NCBI GenBank assembly: GCA_012295275.1
Contig: CM022676.1
Coordinates: forward strand, 14,818,001-14,882,000
Length of the DNA stretch: 64,000 nucleotides
Source of the DNA: Chrysomallon squamiferum
Lineage: Eukaryota; Animalia; Mollusca
Direction: 5' to 3'
Position 1 is the first letter of the stretch, and every line of letters begins with the position of its first letter. Shown in pieces: positions 14,037-26,124 of this stretch. The notes beneath the pieces were generated by a model that searched no databases, was not told the origin of the DNA, and saw nothing but the letters and a program-made list of their open reading frames with translations. The translations under genes were made by a program, and so were the position numbers.

Positions 14037-14968
14037 CTATTTGTCACTGAAAACAAGTAGTTTTGAACTTAAAGTGATTTCTGAATAGTCCTGTACATCG
14101 TCTAATTCTGACAGACTTGTTTTAAGTTTAGTGTCCTCTCTGTCTGAGCTATCACTGGAACAATCATCAGATATTTCACACTGTCCACACACTGAACTCT
14201 GAGCTATCACTGGAAAAGTCATCAGACATTTCACACTGTCCACACACTGAACTCTGTCTGAGCTATCACTGGAACAGTCATCAGATATTTCACACTGTCC
14301 ACACACTGAACTCTGTCTGAGCTATCACTGGGACAGTCATCAGATATTTCACACTGTCCACACACTGAACTCTGTCTGAGCTATCACTGGGACAGTCATC
14401 AGATATTTCACACTGTCCACACACTGAACTCTGTTTGAACTATCACTGGAACAGTCATCAGATATTTCACACTGTCAACACACTGAACTCTGTCGCACGT
14501 TCTCAGCTTGTTTGTATGTTTCTGATCTCGGCTCATCGCAATCATCTACTGTTTCATTTGTTTCAAATTCTGCAGATACTGAATTTTGTTTCATCTTGTT
14601 TACCTGTTTACAAGTTCAATGTTTGTTCTAGATATCTGTTCGCTGTTTTGTTTCTTTCAGACTCTGCAGAGTTCTGTTTCGTCGGAGTTGTGTGCTCATC
14701 TGATAAACTGTGATTAAATTCTCTATTTCCAACTGGTTCAATTACTGCTTTCTTCAATCTCATCTTCTTTTACGTGTCTTTCTTCATCGATGTTTCCGTT
14801 TCTTGTTGCGTGTCCAATTTTCATTCTGTTCAGTATTTTCAGGATAATCTTCAATAAACTCAATGTGTATAAAACCATCGAAATTGTCATCTGTCAACCC
14901 AGATAACATTTTCACTATTTCTACGTCTGTTATGACATATTTGTCTCACGTTTCACTTTCTTCAGCCA
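14037..14968 (-). pseudogene. Decayed acidic ORF (possibly a transposase N-terminus) containing the 59-bp array
   Basis: Reads MAEESET*DKYVITDVEIVKMLSGLTDDNFDGFIHIEFIEDYPENTEQNENWTRNKKRKHR*, then more acidic frameshifted segments. The composition recalls piggyBac-type N-termini, but no catalytic domain is seen. Confidence 0.3.
14139..14493. repeat. 59-bp minisatellite, ~6 copies
   Basis: Unit ctgtctgagctatcactggRacagtcatcagatatttcacactgtccacacactgaact shifts by one base per 60-nt line, i.e. period 59. Confidence 0.95.
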
Positions 14969-14999
14969 TACTGTTACTTTGTGCGTGGATATATTATTA

Positions 15000-15061
<62 letters not shown>

Positions 15062-15139
15062 TATTATTATATAAAAGGAGAAGAGAAAGGTATAAATAAG
15101 TTTTAAATTCCAAGTCACAATCTCCTGAAATTATTGCTG

Positions 15140-16545
15140 CCTAACACCTTAATCATGTTGGCGAAATGAAGAGTAGCATAAAATTATCCTTCAACAAACT
15201 TTAAAAAACTGAGTTTACCTCTCTGACTGGATTCATCATCATTATTGATATTTTGTTATTGTTCTTCTTGTTCTTGTCGTTCTTCTTTTTCATCTTCTTG
15301 TTTATTATTATTATAGTCTGTATTCCACTTATTTATTCATTCATTGATTCACTGAGTTATTTATTTATTTATTTATTCATTTTTTGGTTCTTCTTTCAAA
15401 TGGAAAATATAGTGTTAAAAGGAAGGAAAATGTGAATGATTTATTGAAATCTATATATTACATAATTTAATAAATGCAATCACGTTATGTTTCTTGTGGT
15501 TGGAAATGTTTTTCGTCGAAATTTAATTTAATCCTGGATGATGAATATAAATACAAACAAACACACACGCACACATCTACACTTTACCATTCTTAAGACA
15601 TATTTCAATGGAATCATAATTTTACATATATGCGTTTATTTTATACAAACAGTGACAACAGTACATTTTGAGACGAATGGTACAACAGATGATATAAACA
15701 TCATATTTGACACATTTGTTCTTCTCGTGTTTCTTATCAAATCTGCCTCATTAGCCATTTGAAAATCCAAGATGGCAGCCATTTTTCAAGATGGAAGCCA
15801 AGTCCGCCTACCAAAGTTGATTTTCTCCTTAGAAACATTTTAGTTGCATAAACGTCTCTGTCTGTATTATTAAGTACAACTACCACCAAATGTTCGAAGT
15901 AAACGAAGTTGAATAAAGCAGATGTTTCTAACTGAATCAGGTCACTTACCAGTTATTTAAATAATATTTCCAGTCGATCGCCAGATAAGAAATTCTTGAA
16001 GGTCAAACAGATCATGGGTTCATTATCAGCTAAGTAGAAGCTGTATGCTGACATCACACTGCAACGACTTTCCAGTGTCCAACATGTTGCCTAATAAACC
16101 CATAACAGCCAGGCAGCCGTACTTGAATTGCTAAGACGTGTCAGCGTGGTGCAGCCGAGCCAAAGGTAACGTGATTTTAATTATCTGGATTGCACTGTGT
16201 CTGTGACACTGGATGAATGATCGAACCAGGTGTAGGACAGAAGCATGAACCTCCTGGTTTCCCATACAGGAAAGTGTCTATTGTACATGTACATGGTGGT
16301 ATCAAAAAGAGTTGCAGACTTCGATTTATGAACACAAAGTTACACAGAGCTGGAAAAAGATGAATCCTTAGAGGTGTTAGTGATGAGGGCTGTAGAATTA
16401 AGATCCCACGAAAGGTCCTAACACCTAAATCCTGTTGGCGAAATGAAGAGTAGCATGCAATTTTCCTTCAGCAAACTTTAAAAGACTGAGTTTACCTGTC
16501 TTACTGGCTTCATGACCATTATTGATATTTTGTTATTGTTCTTGT
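15140..16545 (+). repeat. ~130-bp direct repeat pair (15140-15268 and 16417-16545)
   Basis: Both copies contain cctaacacct.aatc.tgttggcgaaatgaagagtagcat..actttaaaa.actgagtttacct..attattgatattttgttattgttctt. Confidence 0.85.
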
Positions 16546-17159
16546 CTTTCTTCTTTCTTGAACTCAGGTATGTCAAATCTACTGGTGTGCGCAAAGCAAG
16601 ACCAGACCTCTTTACCTGCAAACAGAGGCCGTACGTCTTAATTCCGCCAACACACACAGCCCTCAGAGAACATGCAAAGTGTGCGGCCTGTTAGGCTTGG
16701 TCATCTGGATCCAGACAACCATCTCCAGTCCAGACACAAGCAGTCCTGCTGAGTCGGGATGAAACGTTAAACATAATATTAAGTTACATTTTATTTTATT
16801 TCACAGAAGTAATGTTTAAAATGTATGTAATTTAGACACATGGTATTATCGTGTTATGAAAATAATATTAAAACTGTATCTAAATCAGGTACATTTACAT
16901 TCATCTTTCATAGCAGTAATGTTGAAAAATGTATATGTATGCCATGCTCATCTGAATAAACATTCCATGGAATTAAGTTTATAAGTGTCTTCAGTCAACT
17001 ATGTTTGTGTTAACATGTCATGTAATGAATGTAAAAACATATGGTAGTCATGTTTATTTCTTGTAATGTGTGTGTGTATATATCTACATATGTGTGTGTG
17101 TGTGTGTGTCTGCTCATAAAAAACACGTTGAAATATGCGTAGGTCAGGTAGGCTTGTAT

Positions 17160-17420
17160 TTACCGCTTATCAACTTTACATAGAACTTATGTTGAAATTA
17201 TGTGAAATTCACGTATATTTGTATTAGCTTTTCAAAGAAGTCATGTTAAAAGTATATGTAAGTCACGTTCTGTTGTATTAACTCCTCATTCAAGTCACGC
17301 CAAAATACATGTAAGTCACATATGTTTACGTTAACTGTTCATGAAAGTCACGTTAAAAGTATATATGTCTCGTAAGTTTATGTTATCGCTTCATAGAAGT
17401 TATAATAAAAGTATATGCAG
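17160..17420. repeat. Degenerate ~55-bp minisatellite (same family as 20710-21450)
   Basis: Recurring agaagtcacgttaaaagtatatgtaagtcac-like units. Confidence 0.7.
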
Positions 17421-17886
17421 ATAGTATATATAATGATACAGTGGACTTATTCGTGGACTTAATTCTGATGTAAGTGAACATCAAATATTATCTGAGTCCT
17501 TTCTGTTCATGTGAACTGTTTAAATGTCTTGTTCAGAGAATGCAGGGTTACAATTCGGGCTGAATGTAACCTCTAGTTCTTCATTCAGGGAAGCACTCTT
17601 ATTAATTATTTTATCTTTAGAGTCGTGTTCCTTTTTCCTTTCTCTATTCTGACTCATCCGGAGAATATACTGCATCTTACTTTTCGGTAACCTTACTTTC
17701 CTTATTTCACAAACAAACAAACAAATAAATAAATAAAAATAATAAAACCACCAAAAAAAATATGAACAAATGTATTATAAAATAGTAACAAATAATTAAA
17801 CAACAAACCCCCAAAAATAATAACAACAATAAATAATAATAATAAGAAGAAGAAGAAGAAGAAGAAGAAGAAAAGAAAGTAGATAG

Positions 17887-17989
<103 letters not shown>

Positions 17990-18748
17990 ATTGATAGATT
18001 TGACTAAATCGCTCAACGCAATTTAATATATTTGAAATAAATTCAAATAATAATAATAATAATAATGATGATGATGATGATGATGATGATAATAATAATA
18101 ATAATAATAATAATAAAACAAATGCAAATTTAAAAATACAACTACTATTACTGGTGCTTCTTTTACTACAGCTGTTGATAACACTTCTGTTGCTACTGCT
18201 ACCACTACCACTTGTGTTATTGGTACAACTACTGCGAGTATTACAACAGTTGCCAATATTACTCCTGCTGCTGCTACTACTACAACTACCACTATTACTA
18301 CTATCAGTATTATTACTACTGCAATAACTACTACTATTGCTACTAATACTACAACTACTACTACTACGAGTATGACTATTATAACTACTAACATTACTAC
18401 GACTATTACTATGACTACCATAACTACTACTATAAATAATACTATTGGTAATATTAATACTACTAATTCAGTAAAAATATTCATCGTCGGAAATTAGTAA
18501 AGTGATTTGTTTAATCTAATAAAATTTAGTTGCATTTGAATTAACTGTATTATATATTGTAACTTCGATTATTTCTACGACACAGATTGAAATATTTGTT
18601 ATCTGTGTTCAGTTTACTTGTTATTAAATCACGAATGAGCGAAACGAGACCTACTAATCTGTTTTGTCAATATTAAAGTTCACTGCGTTGTCTCACCTTT
18701 CTTCTCTGGAGTTAAACACATTTACTTTAGTACAAAGTGAACATTATC

Positions 18749-18812
<64 letters not shown>

Positions 18813-18982
18813 AACAAACAAACAAATAAATAAATAAATAAATAAATGAAGAAATGAATGACGACTAAAATAATAAGAAAAAATATCCACAGAATAGACA
18901 AAATGATAAGAAAAATCAACACAGAGGTAATATACAATACAATAAAAAAATAAATGTGTGAAGATGATGATAATGATAATAC

Positions 18983-19171
18983 TTGGACAGTCCTTGTAAC
19001 ATGGTTTTGTGACAGTTCTCCTGGGTCTGCCTTGACAGAGAATTCCACCAAACACTGGAGACAGGTTAGTGCAATCTCGAGACTGCCACAACTGTATCCA
19101 CCCATACCCACCCCAGGATACACTGCAAACACCTTGTTTACTTTTCATCCAGGAGGTCCACCCACCATCAA
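18983..19171 (-). pseudogene. Thrombospondin type-1 repeat exon (189 nt, phase 1-1)
   Basis: tttccag|TT GAT GGT GGG TGG translates VDGGWTSW..GVCSVSWGG..QSRDCTNLSPVFGGILCQG..TKPCYKDCP, then A|GTATT. The frame is open, but the conserved CSVSCGG has a C-to-W change. Confidence 0.8.
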
Positions 19172-19423
19172 CTGGAAAGTAGTTAAAAACAGAAAGAAAT
19201 GGTTTCACCAGTTTATTTTTTAATTACATTTGCTTTTATTTATTTATTTATTTATTTATTTACGTAGCGGTTTATTCATATTTTCTTCGACAAATTCATT
19301 TGGATTTCTAAAACTTTTAAAATCGTGCCTGTGTATGTCAATGTCTGCATGATAATGACAGTGACGATGATCATCATTAGAAGAAAAGCAGCAGCAGCAA
19401 CAACGACAACAACAATAGGATAC

Positions 19424-19589
19424 GTAGCTCGCATGTTGCATGTGTTAGTTTCAATTCTAGTATCGTTGCCATGACACTGTTTTCACTCTGTTTTGGTATT
19501 GGATTGACACAAGCAGGTTTGTATGTTTCTCAATTCCACCAATACACGCTACGCCTGGATGTAATATCCAACAATTCCACCCTCATAGA
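19424..19589 (-). pseudogene. Second TSP1 exon, frameshifted
   Basis: After the acceptor ttttag, pieces in different frames give VYE.GWNCWILHPGVACIGGIEKHT..ACVNPIPKQS.KQCHGNDTRIETNTCNMRA. This matches the TSP1 pattern W..W..C.GG..C.NP.P..C.G..E..CN. Confidence 0.65.
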
Positions 19590-20326
19590 CTAAAATATAT
19601 ATAGATATATATGAACTATGACAGTTGCTGCCAGTCAGTAATACTAGTACTAGTACAACACCAGCAACAACTGATATTACTACAATTAGTTTTAATATTA
19701 TTGGTAATTCCTCTTACCACTAGAAGTGTTACTACAGCGACTACTACTTATATTACTAATTCTACTTGTAACAGACACGAGGGTGACATACATTACTGAA
19801 CATGTAATTACTGACTTATTTAAATACTATTCTTTTTCTTCTTCTTCTTTAAAATAAATAATTAAAAAACAATAGCTTGCTAATAATGTCATTAGAACAA
19901 AAAGGTTTTGTAAACTTAGTTCAGATCTATGGTTATGAAAATGATACATACTGTTAACAGAGTGAGAGAATTCCGAATATAACACTGACATTATTTAGTA
20001 TAAAATACTGATGTGATCACAAGTAATTGGCATGACTATGATGTACATGACTGAATACATGTTTATTTCCAATCGTTACTACAACCAGATTGCAGCGGAG
20101 AAAAGAAATAAAGAAAGAATTAAAGAGGAGAATTGATAGGAGATAAGCAGTTGAAAGGGCAGACTATGAAGAAAAGAAGGTAATGGGGATTAAAAGGATT
20201 AAAAATATAGGAGATAACTTGGAGTAATTAGGGGAGATAAACAGGGGAAAAGACAGGAGTTACGTGGAAACCAAGGGATAAAAACAGAAAGGACAGTTTA
20301 TTACTACTACTACTACTACTACTACA

Positions 20327-20357
<31 letters not shown>

Positions 20358-20709
20358 ACTACAACTTCTACTACTACTACTAATTCTGCTTGTGTTATCT
20401 TTATTTATTTACTTACTTATTTAATTGGATTTCTTTTCTTCTTTCAAATGGTAAACAAAATATAAGAAGGAAAGCACGCTGAATGTTTTATTATAATAAA
20501 AAAAGTTAAACGTTACAACAATTGCTATTACGTTGTGATCGTTGTAGTTGCGTGTGTCTATGGCAGACATTTTGATTTCTTTATCTCTTTTAGTTTTTAA
20601 AGTAATGATCAGTTTCATTGTTCTCAGTCTATACAATGTTAGTTCATTTTGATTATTTTTACACACATACACACTCACAAAGTGTATATATATATGAACA
20701 TAGGGTGGT

Positions 20710-21450
20710 TTGAATTAGCCTCTTATGGAAGTAATGATAAAATTATATGTAATTTCGCATATTTGTTTTAACTTCTCGTAGAAGTAATTTTAAAAGTTTA
20801 GACAAATCACTTATTTTATGTTAACTTGTAACTGAGGTTACATTAAAGGTATATGTAAATGACTTACATTTGTATTAATTTCTCATAAAAGTCATATCAT
20901 TAATATATGTCAGTCACATATATTTGTTTCACGTTCTTATACTAGTTGTGACGAAAATTTATGTAATTCATATTAACTTCTTATAGAACTCACGTATATG
21001 TAAGTCACGTACATTTTTTACTTATTTCTCGTAGAAGACGTGTTATACGTTTGTGTTTGTGACAGAAATAATGTAAACATAGATACAGGTCACGTATGTT
21101 CGGTTTAACCTCTCATACAAGTAAAGTTACAAGTGTCTGTTAGTCACATACGTCTGGATTAATCTCTCATGAAAATAATGATAAATGTATAAACAAATGT
21201 TGTGTATTGGTTTTTACTTCTAACAATGTCTGTCACGTACGTTTACATATACGGCTCACTGAAGTCGCGCAAAAAGTATGTATAAGTCATGCACATTTGT
21301 ATAACTTTAATAGTTATAATGACAAAAATATATGTACCAGTCACGTACGTTTGTGTCACCTCTCATGGAAGACACTTTATAATAAATGCAATGCATGTGT
21401 GTTGTTATTAACTCTTCATAATGTATATAATAAAATTATATGTAAATGGT
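20710..21450. repeat. Degenerate ~55-bp minisatellite array (more than 10 units)
   Basis: Recurring ttaacttctcRtagaagt....aaaaRtatatgtaagtcacRta motifs. Confidence 0.75.
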
Positions 21451-21512
21451 GTAAAGACTTACATGCACACGCAGATAGAGGCACACAGACACACATACAG
21501 ACGAAAGACAAA

Positions 21513-21705
21513 GACGGGCTGTCTCGATGGCTGAACGGTAACATCGTCCACCTTCCGCGTGCGTGCGAATGAAAGCCATACGTTCGAGTCTTGTCAGCGG
21601 CATCTGACGGGTTTCTGAGGTCGTGATTGAACTTTGTCGTCCTGCGCCAGTGCGATCACGAATATTGTCTATGTGCAGAGTCTAATCAGACGTACATAAG
21701 ACAGA
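21513..21705 (+). mobile_element. tRNA-derived SINE
   Basis: Pol III A-box TGGCTGAACGG (21528-21538) and B-box GTTCGAGTC (21582-21590) in a GC-rich island, followed by a simple-repeat tail. No complete cloverleaf. Confidence 0.65.
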
Positions 21706-24668
21706 GAATAAGACAGATAAACTACATATACATACACACCCACACACATATATATGCGGGTGTATGTGTATGTTTGTGTGTACGTATATATATAAATATG
21801 CATATATACACATACACATGCATCCACACTTAACCTGAGCCATAACATTTCCTCTAAAAATAAGATAAATTTAAGATTCCTAAGCTTAGTTAAGAAATAA
21901 AGCTATTTTCAAATTTATCCTAACCCGAATGACAAAATTTTTCCCAAGTCTTATGTGAAAATGTTTCGGATAAAATAGCTACTAAACCTACTCCTAGATC
22001 TAAACGTAAACCTAACTCTGACCCTAGTCCGAGTCCTAGATCAGCCCCATCCTAACCTGAGCTATAGGCTTGTTTGTTGCAATATGCTAAAATTAAGGAT
22101 TTATTCAAATAGTATAGATCCTGACACTGATCAAAAAAGTTTCATATGAAAGACCTTTTTATATAAGTAGATATTTAAACATGTACCTACCCAGGAGGGA
22201 ACTGCTAATCATAACTATATTTAAATTACCCCTAAACCTAACTTTTCCTATTATAAACCGAGAAATGCTAAAACCACAGTTGAAACATTTAGCCTAGGCA
22301 CTGCACAAGGAATAAAGAAAGCTGGTAATGTTTTCACAGATATAAATACATGTTTTGCTCTTGTAAACAGAATTAAGTTAATCAGAGAATGAGATGTTAA
22401 GAGAGGATTTACTTTTCTCAGAAACAAATGTTGTCAGTAATTAGCTTTAATCTGTTTTGTGGCCCTCTATGTTTATATAAACATGTGTTCTGAAAGCCAG
22501 ATCAGACAATGAATTCATCTTTACTCATTTCAGTTTCATCATTAATTCCAGTATAATCATTCTGTGAAAAAGAGGTAACATGTTCTCTTTACAGACTCCA
22601 GTTTTTTCATTTCTTTGTCACATAAACTGTTTTCTGAACTTTAACTTTCTACCTCCTTCTTCATTACACAGCCATTTTCTTCATTTTAATCCTGAATGAT
22701 ACCAGAAACAGTGACAAATATTAATAAAGTTAATGATAATAAGAATAATTAAAGAAAACAGGAAAAAAAAAAAAAAAAAACAAACAGCAAAATCTTCATA
22801 ATGAAAATACTTTGTACCTTCTTCTTCATTTTATTGTGAATAATAACAGAAACAGTGACAAGTATTAATAATCTTAATGATAATATCAATAATTTAAAAA
22901 AAAAAAGAAAAAAAAAAAAAAAGGAAAATCAGAATGATAAAAATGCTTGTTTTCCATTCTGTTATCTGTTTTCCATTTACCTTAAATCTTTACACTTTTT
23001 AATAATATATTTTAAGTGAAACAAACAGGAAAGTGCAAAACTACCAGGTGAAATAAAATAAGTAAAGACCAAATTTGTTTAATAAATTAAAAACAATAAT
23101 AATAACAACAAGAACAAAAACGATAACAATAACACCACCAGTGCGTGTATTTCCTTTTGCAACATATGAAAGTGTTTTACTTGTAAACACTGTTATCAGA
23201 ATGATGAGTAAACACATTAGAATTGTCATCTAACTAAAACAGCTACAGAACGTTCCACCCTTCTCGTTCAAATCAGCTTTGTGACAAAGACTGTGGAGTG
23301 TACAGTTCTGTACTTAACTGTACGTTCAACACCATAAAACTGTAAACACGGAGAGTGCAGGGTTGTTACAAGAAACATTTCCTTCATTCAACTCGTTCAG
23401 TGTAAAACACACTTAAATTATTCCCAGCTGACCTAAAGGAGAGGATTATATTTGCTGTTGTTTGTTTGTGTTTTTATTTATTTATTTTCATTATTATTTT
23501 TATTCTTGTTGTTATATCTGATGTTTGTTGAACCAGCTAGTCTAATATTTCTCTACCTATATAAAATATAACACTGTTTTAGTGGATTAATGTACTTAAT
23601 ATTATTATCAATTTCTATATGGTTTAGTTTCTAACTTGATAACTAAAATACTTTTAAAAATTAATTTGTTTTATATATAATTGTACAGATATGAATATTC
23701 ATTATGCATTCATTACGGATGCAAATAATATGAAAGTGAAACAAAACTTGAGTTCTAAATACACAGACTTAAGTTTTACACAAGTTTCACTTTGACATTT
23801 TCTTTTCTTTAACATTTTGCACTGGAGAACATAAATTCATTATGAAACACAACGCAAAAATTCCATGGTTATAAAACACAATTCTTTTTTTTTTTTTTTT
23901 TTTAAATAAGTCATTTATAATTAAGATGCAATATACAGTTACACATTTTTATAGCTCTAAGTCTTTTTTGAATCCATAAAAGAAAAAGAAAAAAAAAAGG
24001 ACAAGCTTTGATGCAGCCTAATTAATCATGTTCAAAATAATCATAACAAAACTTGCAGCTACATCTGACAAACAGTGATGTGAAATATCATGGGTTTGTC
24101 AGAGATTTTATTTCACACCCTATGAATTAAAGATCTGAAAATTATTGATTATTTTAAGGTGACCATTTCTAGGTATATACAAGAATTTAAATGAATAAAT
24201 GTTTTAAATTAACATATTTGAAAAAGCATCTTTTAACTGGCATATTGAAATTAAGATTTTCCCATCAGCATATTTCTATTATAAAGTTGAAATCATCTGA
24301 TATAAACTATGATGTTCTATTCAGCATATTTAAATTAGCATATTTCATTACCATGTTTAAAATCAGCATGCTTGAATTTAAAGTAGCTTTAAAAATGCAA
24401 ATTAAACCTGAACTGAAACAAAGTATTGTGAAAAATCTAAGAACAAATGGAAAAACGAAATGTGAATTTCTTTATGTACACGATCAAAGCCAAATTTACA
24501 GATATTCAGGAAATCTAAGACAGAAGCAATATGATCCACAATTGAAAACAAATGATTAAAAATAAATATTTATTTACCAAAATAATTTTAAATTTTAGAA
24601 TATTTTTATAAATCATTTTGAGAAATTGACACTAATATTATATGTAGACTAATGTTTTTTGTTATCTA

Positions 24669-24705
<37 letters not shown>

Positions 24706-24778
24706 TATTTGTTACTAATTAAAATAACCCTTTTAATAATAATAAAGTAAAAAATAATAATGTCAATTTAGATGTTAA

Positions 24779-24809
<31 letters not shown>

Positions 24810-26124
24810 TAACAACATAGAGTAACAACAGTAATGGTCAGAAAGTTAAACTGTTCTCTGAACAACTGTTTTGATTATTACTACAAGTTTTTAAGGTGAT
24901 ATAAAAATAATCAGTAAAGCTGGAAACACTTTATAAAAACATGACAATGACAGCAACTTTGTGTACCTTTTATAGAAACAGGTCACATTTACTTCACATG
25001 AAGAACATTAACAACATGGAAAAGATATCTCATACAACAAATATTACAAGTATTGTTTATCAAAAGGCATTGAGATTAAATATTCACTTATTATTTACTC
25101 AAAATAAAATTAATAATAATGAAAACAATCTAAGCAAGACTTTTTTTCTCAAAAAGAAAAGTATTGGCTGAATGCTTTAGCTATGAAAACAAATTCTTGA
25201 AAGTAACAAATATATTTTTTGTTTATCTTATTCCTGGTTACATCATAAAAATAAATAATAAGCAAAAGATAATATAAAAAATTCACAAAAACAAACAAAC
25301 TTTGTTTAACTATAAATATATCTTCAGATATCTAGATATTTTGAAAGACTACACAAACAACTGTAACATGCAATTTCTGACTCTGACAAACTACTGCAAA
25401 AACTGAAAGAAAGACTTTTTGAAAAGCTTGGCAGTTTCATGGTACAGATATTAAGATAAGAAAATAAAGTAAAATATTGTCCACAGGAGAAAAATAAAAA
25501 CAAAATGGTTAAATTAAATAATTAAAAAATATATATATATATTTATAAAAGATTTGTCATTAAGAATTATAACCATGACAACGATGTAAAGAGTCAAGTG
25601 CTGCTGCAGCTGTTGATGATGTAAGGATGATGGTGATGTGTGTTGTGAGATCTACATCTTCCTAATACACTTTCTTTGATGTTGCTGGTGGTTTCCCAGT
25701 CTTTCAAAGAGAATTATGAATAACAACAGCAATGGACACAGATAAATGTTTGGTTGATGTCACTTCAGTGAAACTTTTAGCCCCAGAATTATATCTGTGA
25801 GAAAAACAATAATATTAATGAATTTATTACATGATAATTAATAAATTAAAAAAAGAAGAAAAAAAAAAAAAAAAAAAAAAAAAAAATAAGAAAAGAAACT
25901 GAAACAAAATAAAGCATTTGTTTTTTTTATTAATAAACATATGAAATTATATATAGATGCTTTTTTTACCATTACTATTTAATCAAATCACTAAAGTACA
26001 TTGATTTACTTTTTATTATAGGCTACATCATTTTTTTTACTGAGAAGCATAAAAAATTTAAACTTGTTAAAAAAACACAAACATTTCACTTGGTCAAATT
26101 AATCAAAATCATGTTCAGTTTCAG

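Noticed and set aside
14139-14493. 59-bp array as CRISPR or as a coding Cys repeat
   Set aside because: Head-to-tail units without spacers, and the period is not a multiple of 3.
18023-18484. 153-aa Val/Ile-rich ORF resembling a membrane protein; the opposite strand looks mucin-like (also 10060-10440)
   Set aside because: Degenerate (ACT)n/(AAT)n trinucleotide tract without credible splice sites or a domain.
21513-21600. Possible tRNA gene (also 31085-31150)
   Set aside because: A/B boxes are present but no acceptor or anticodon stems can be formed; better explained as SINE heads.
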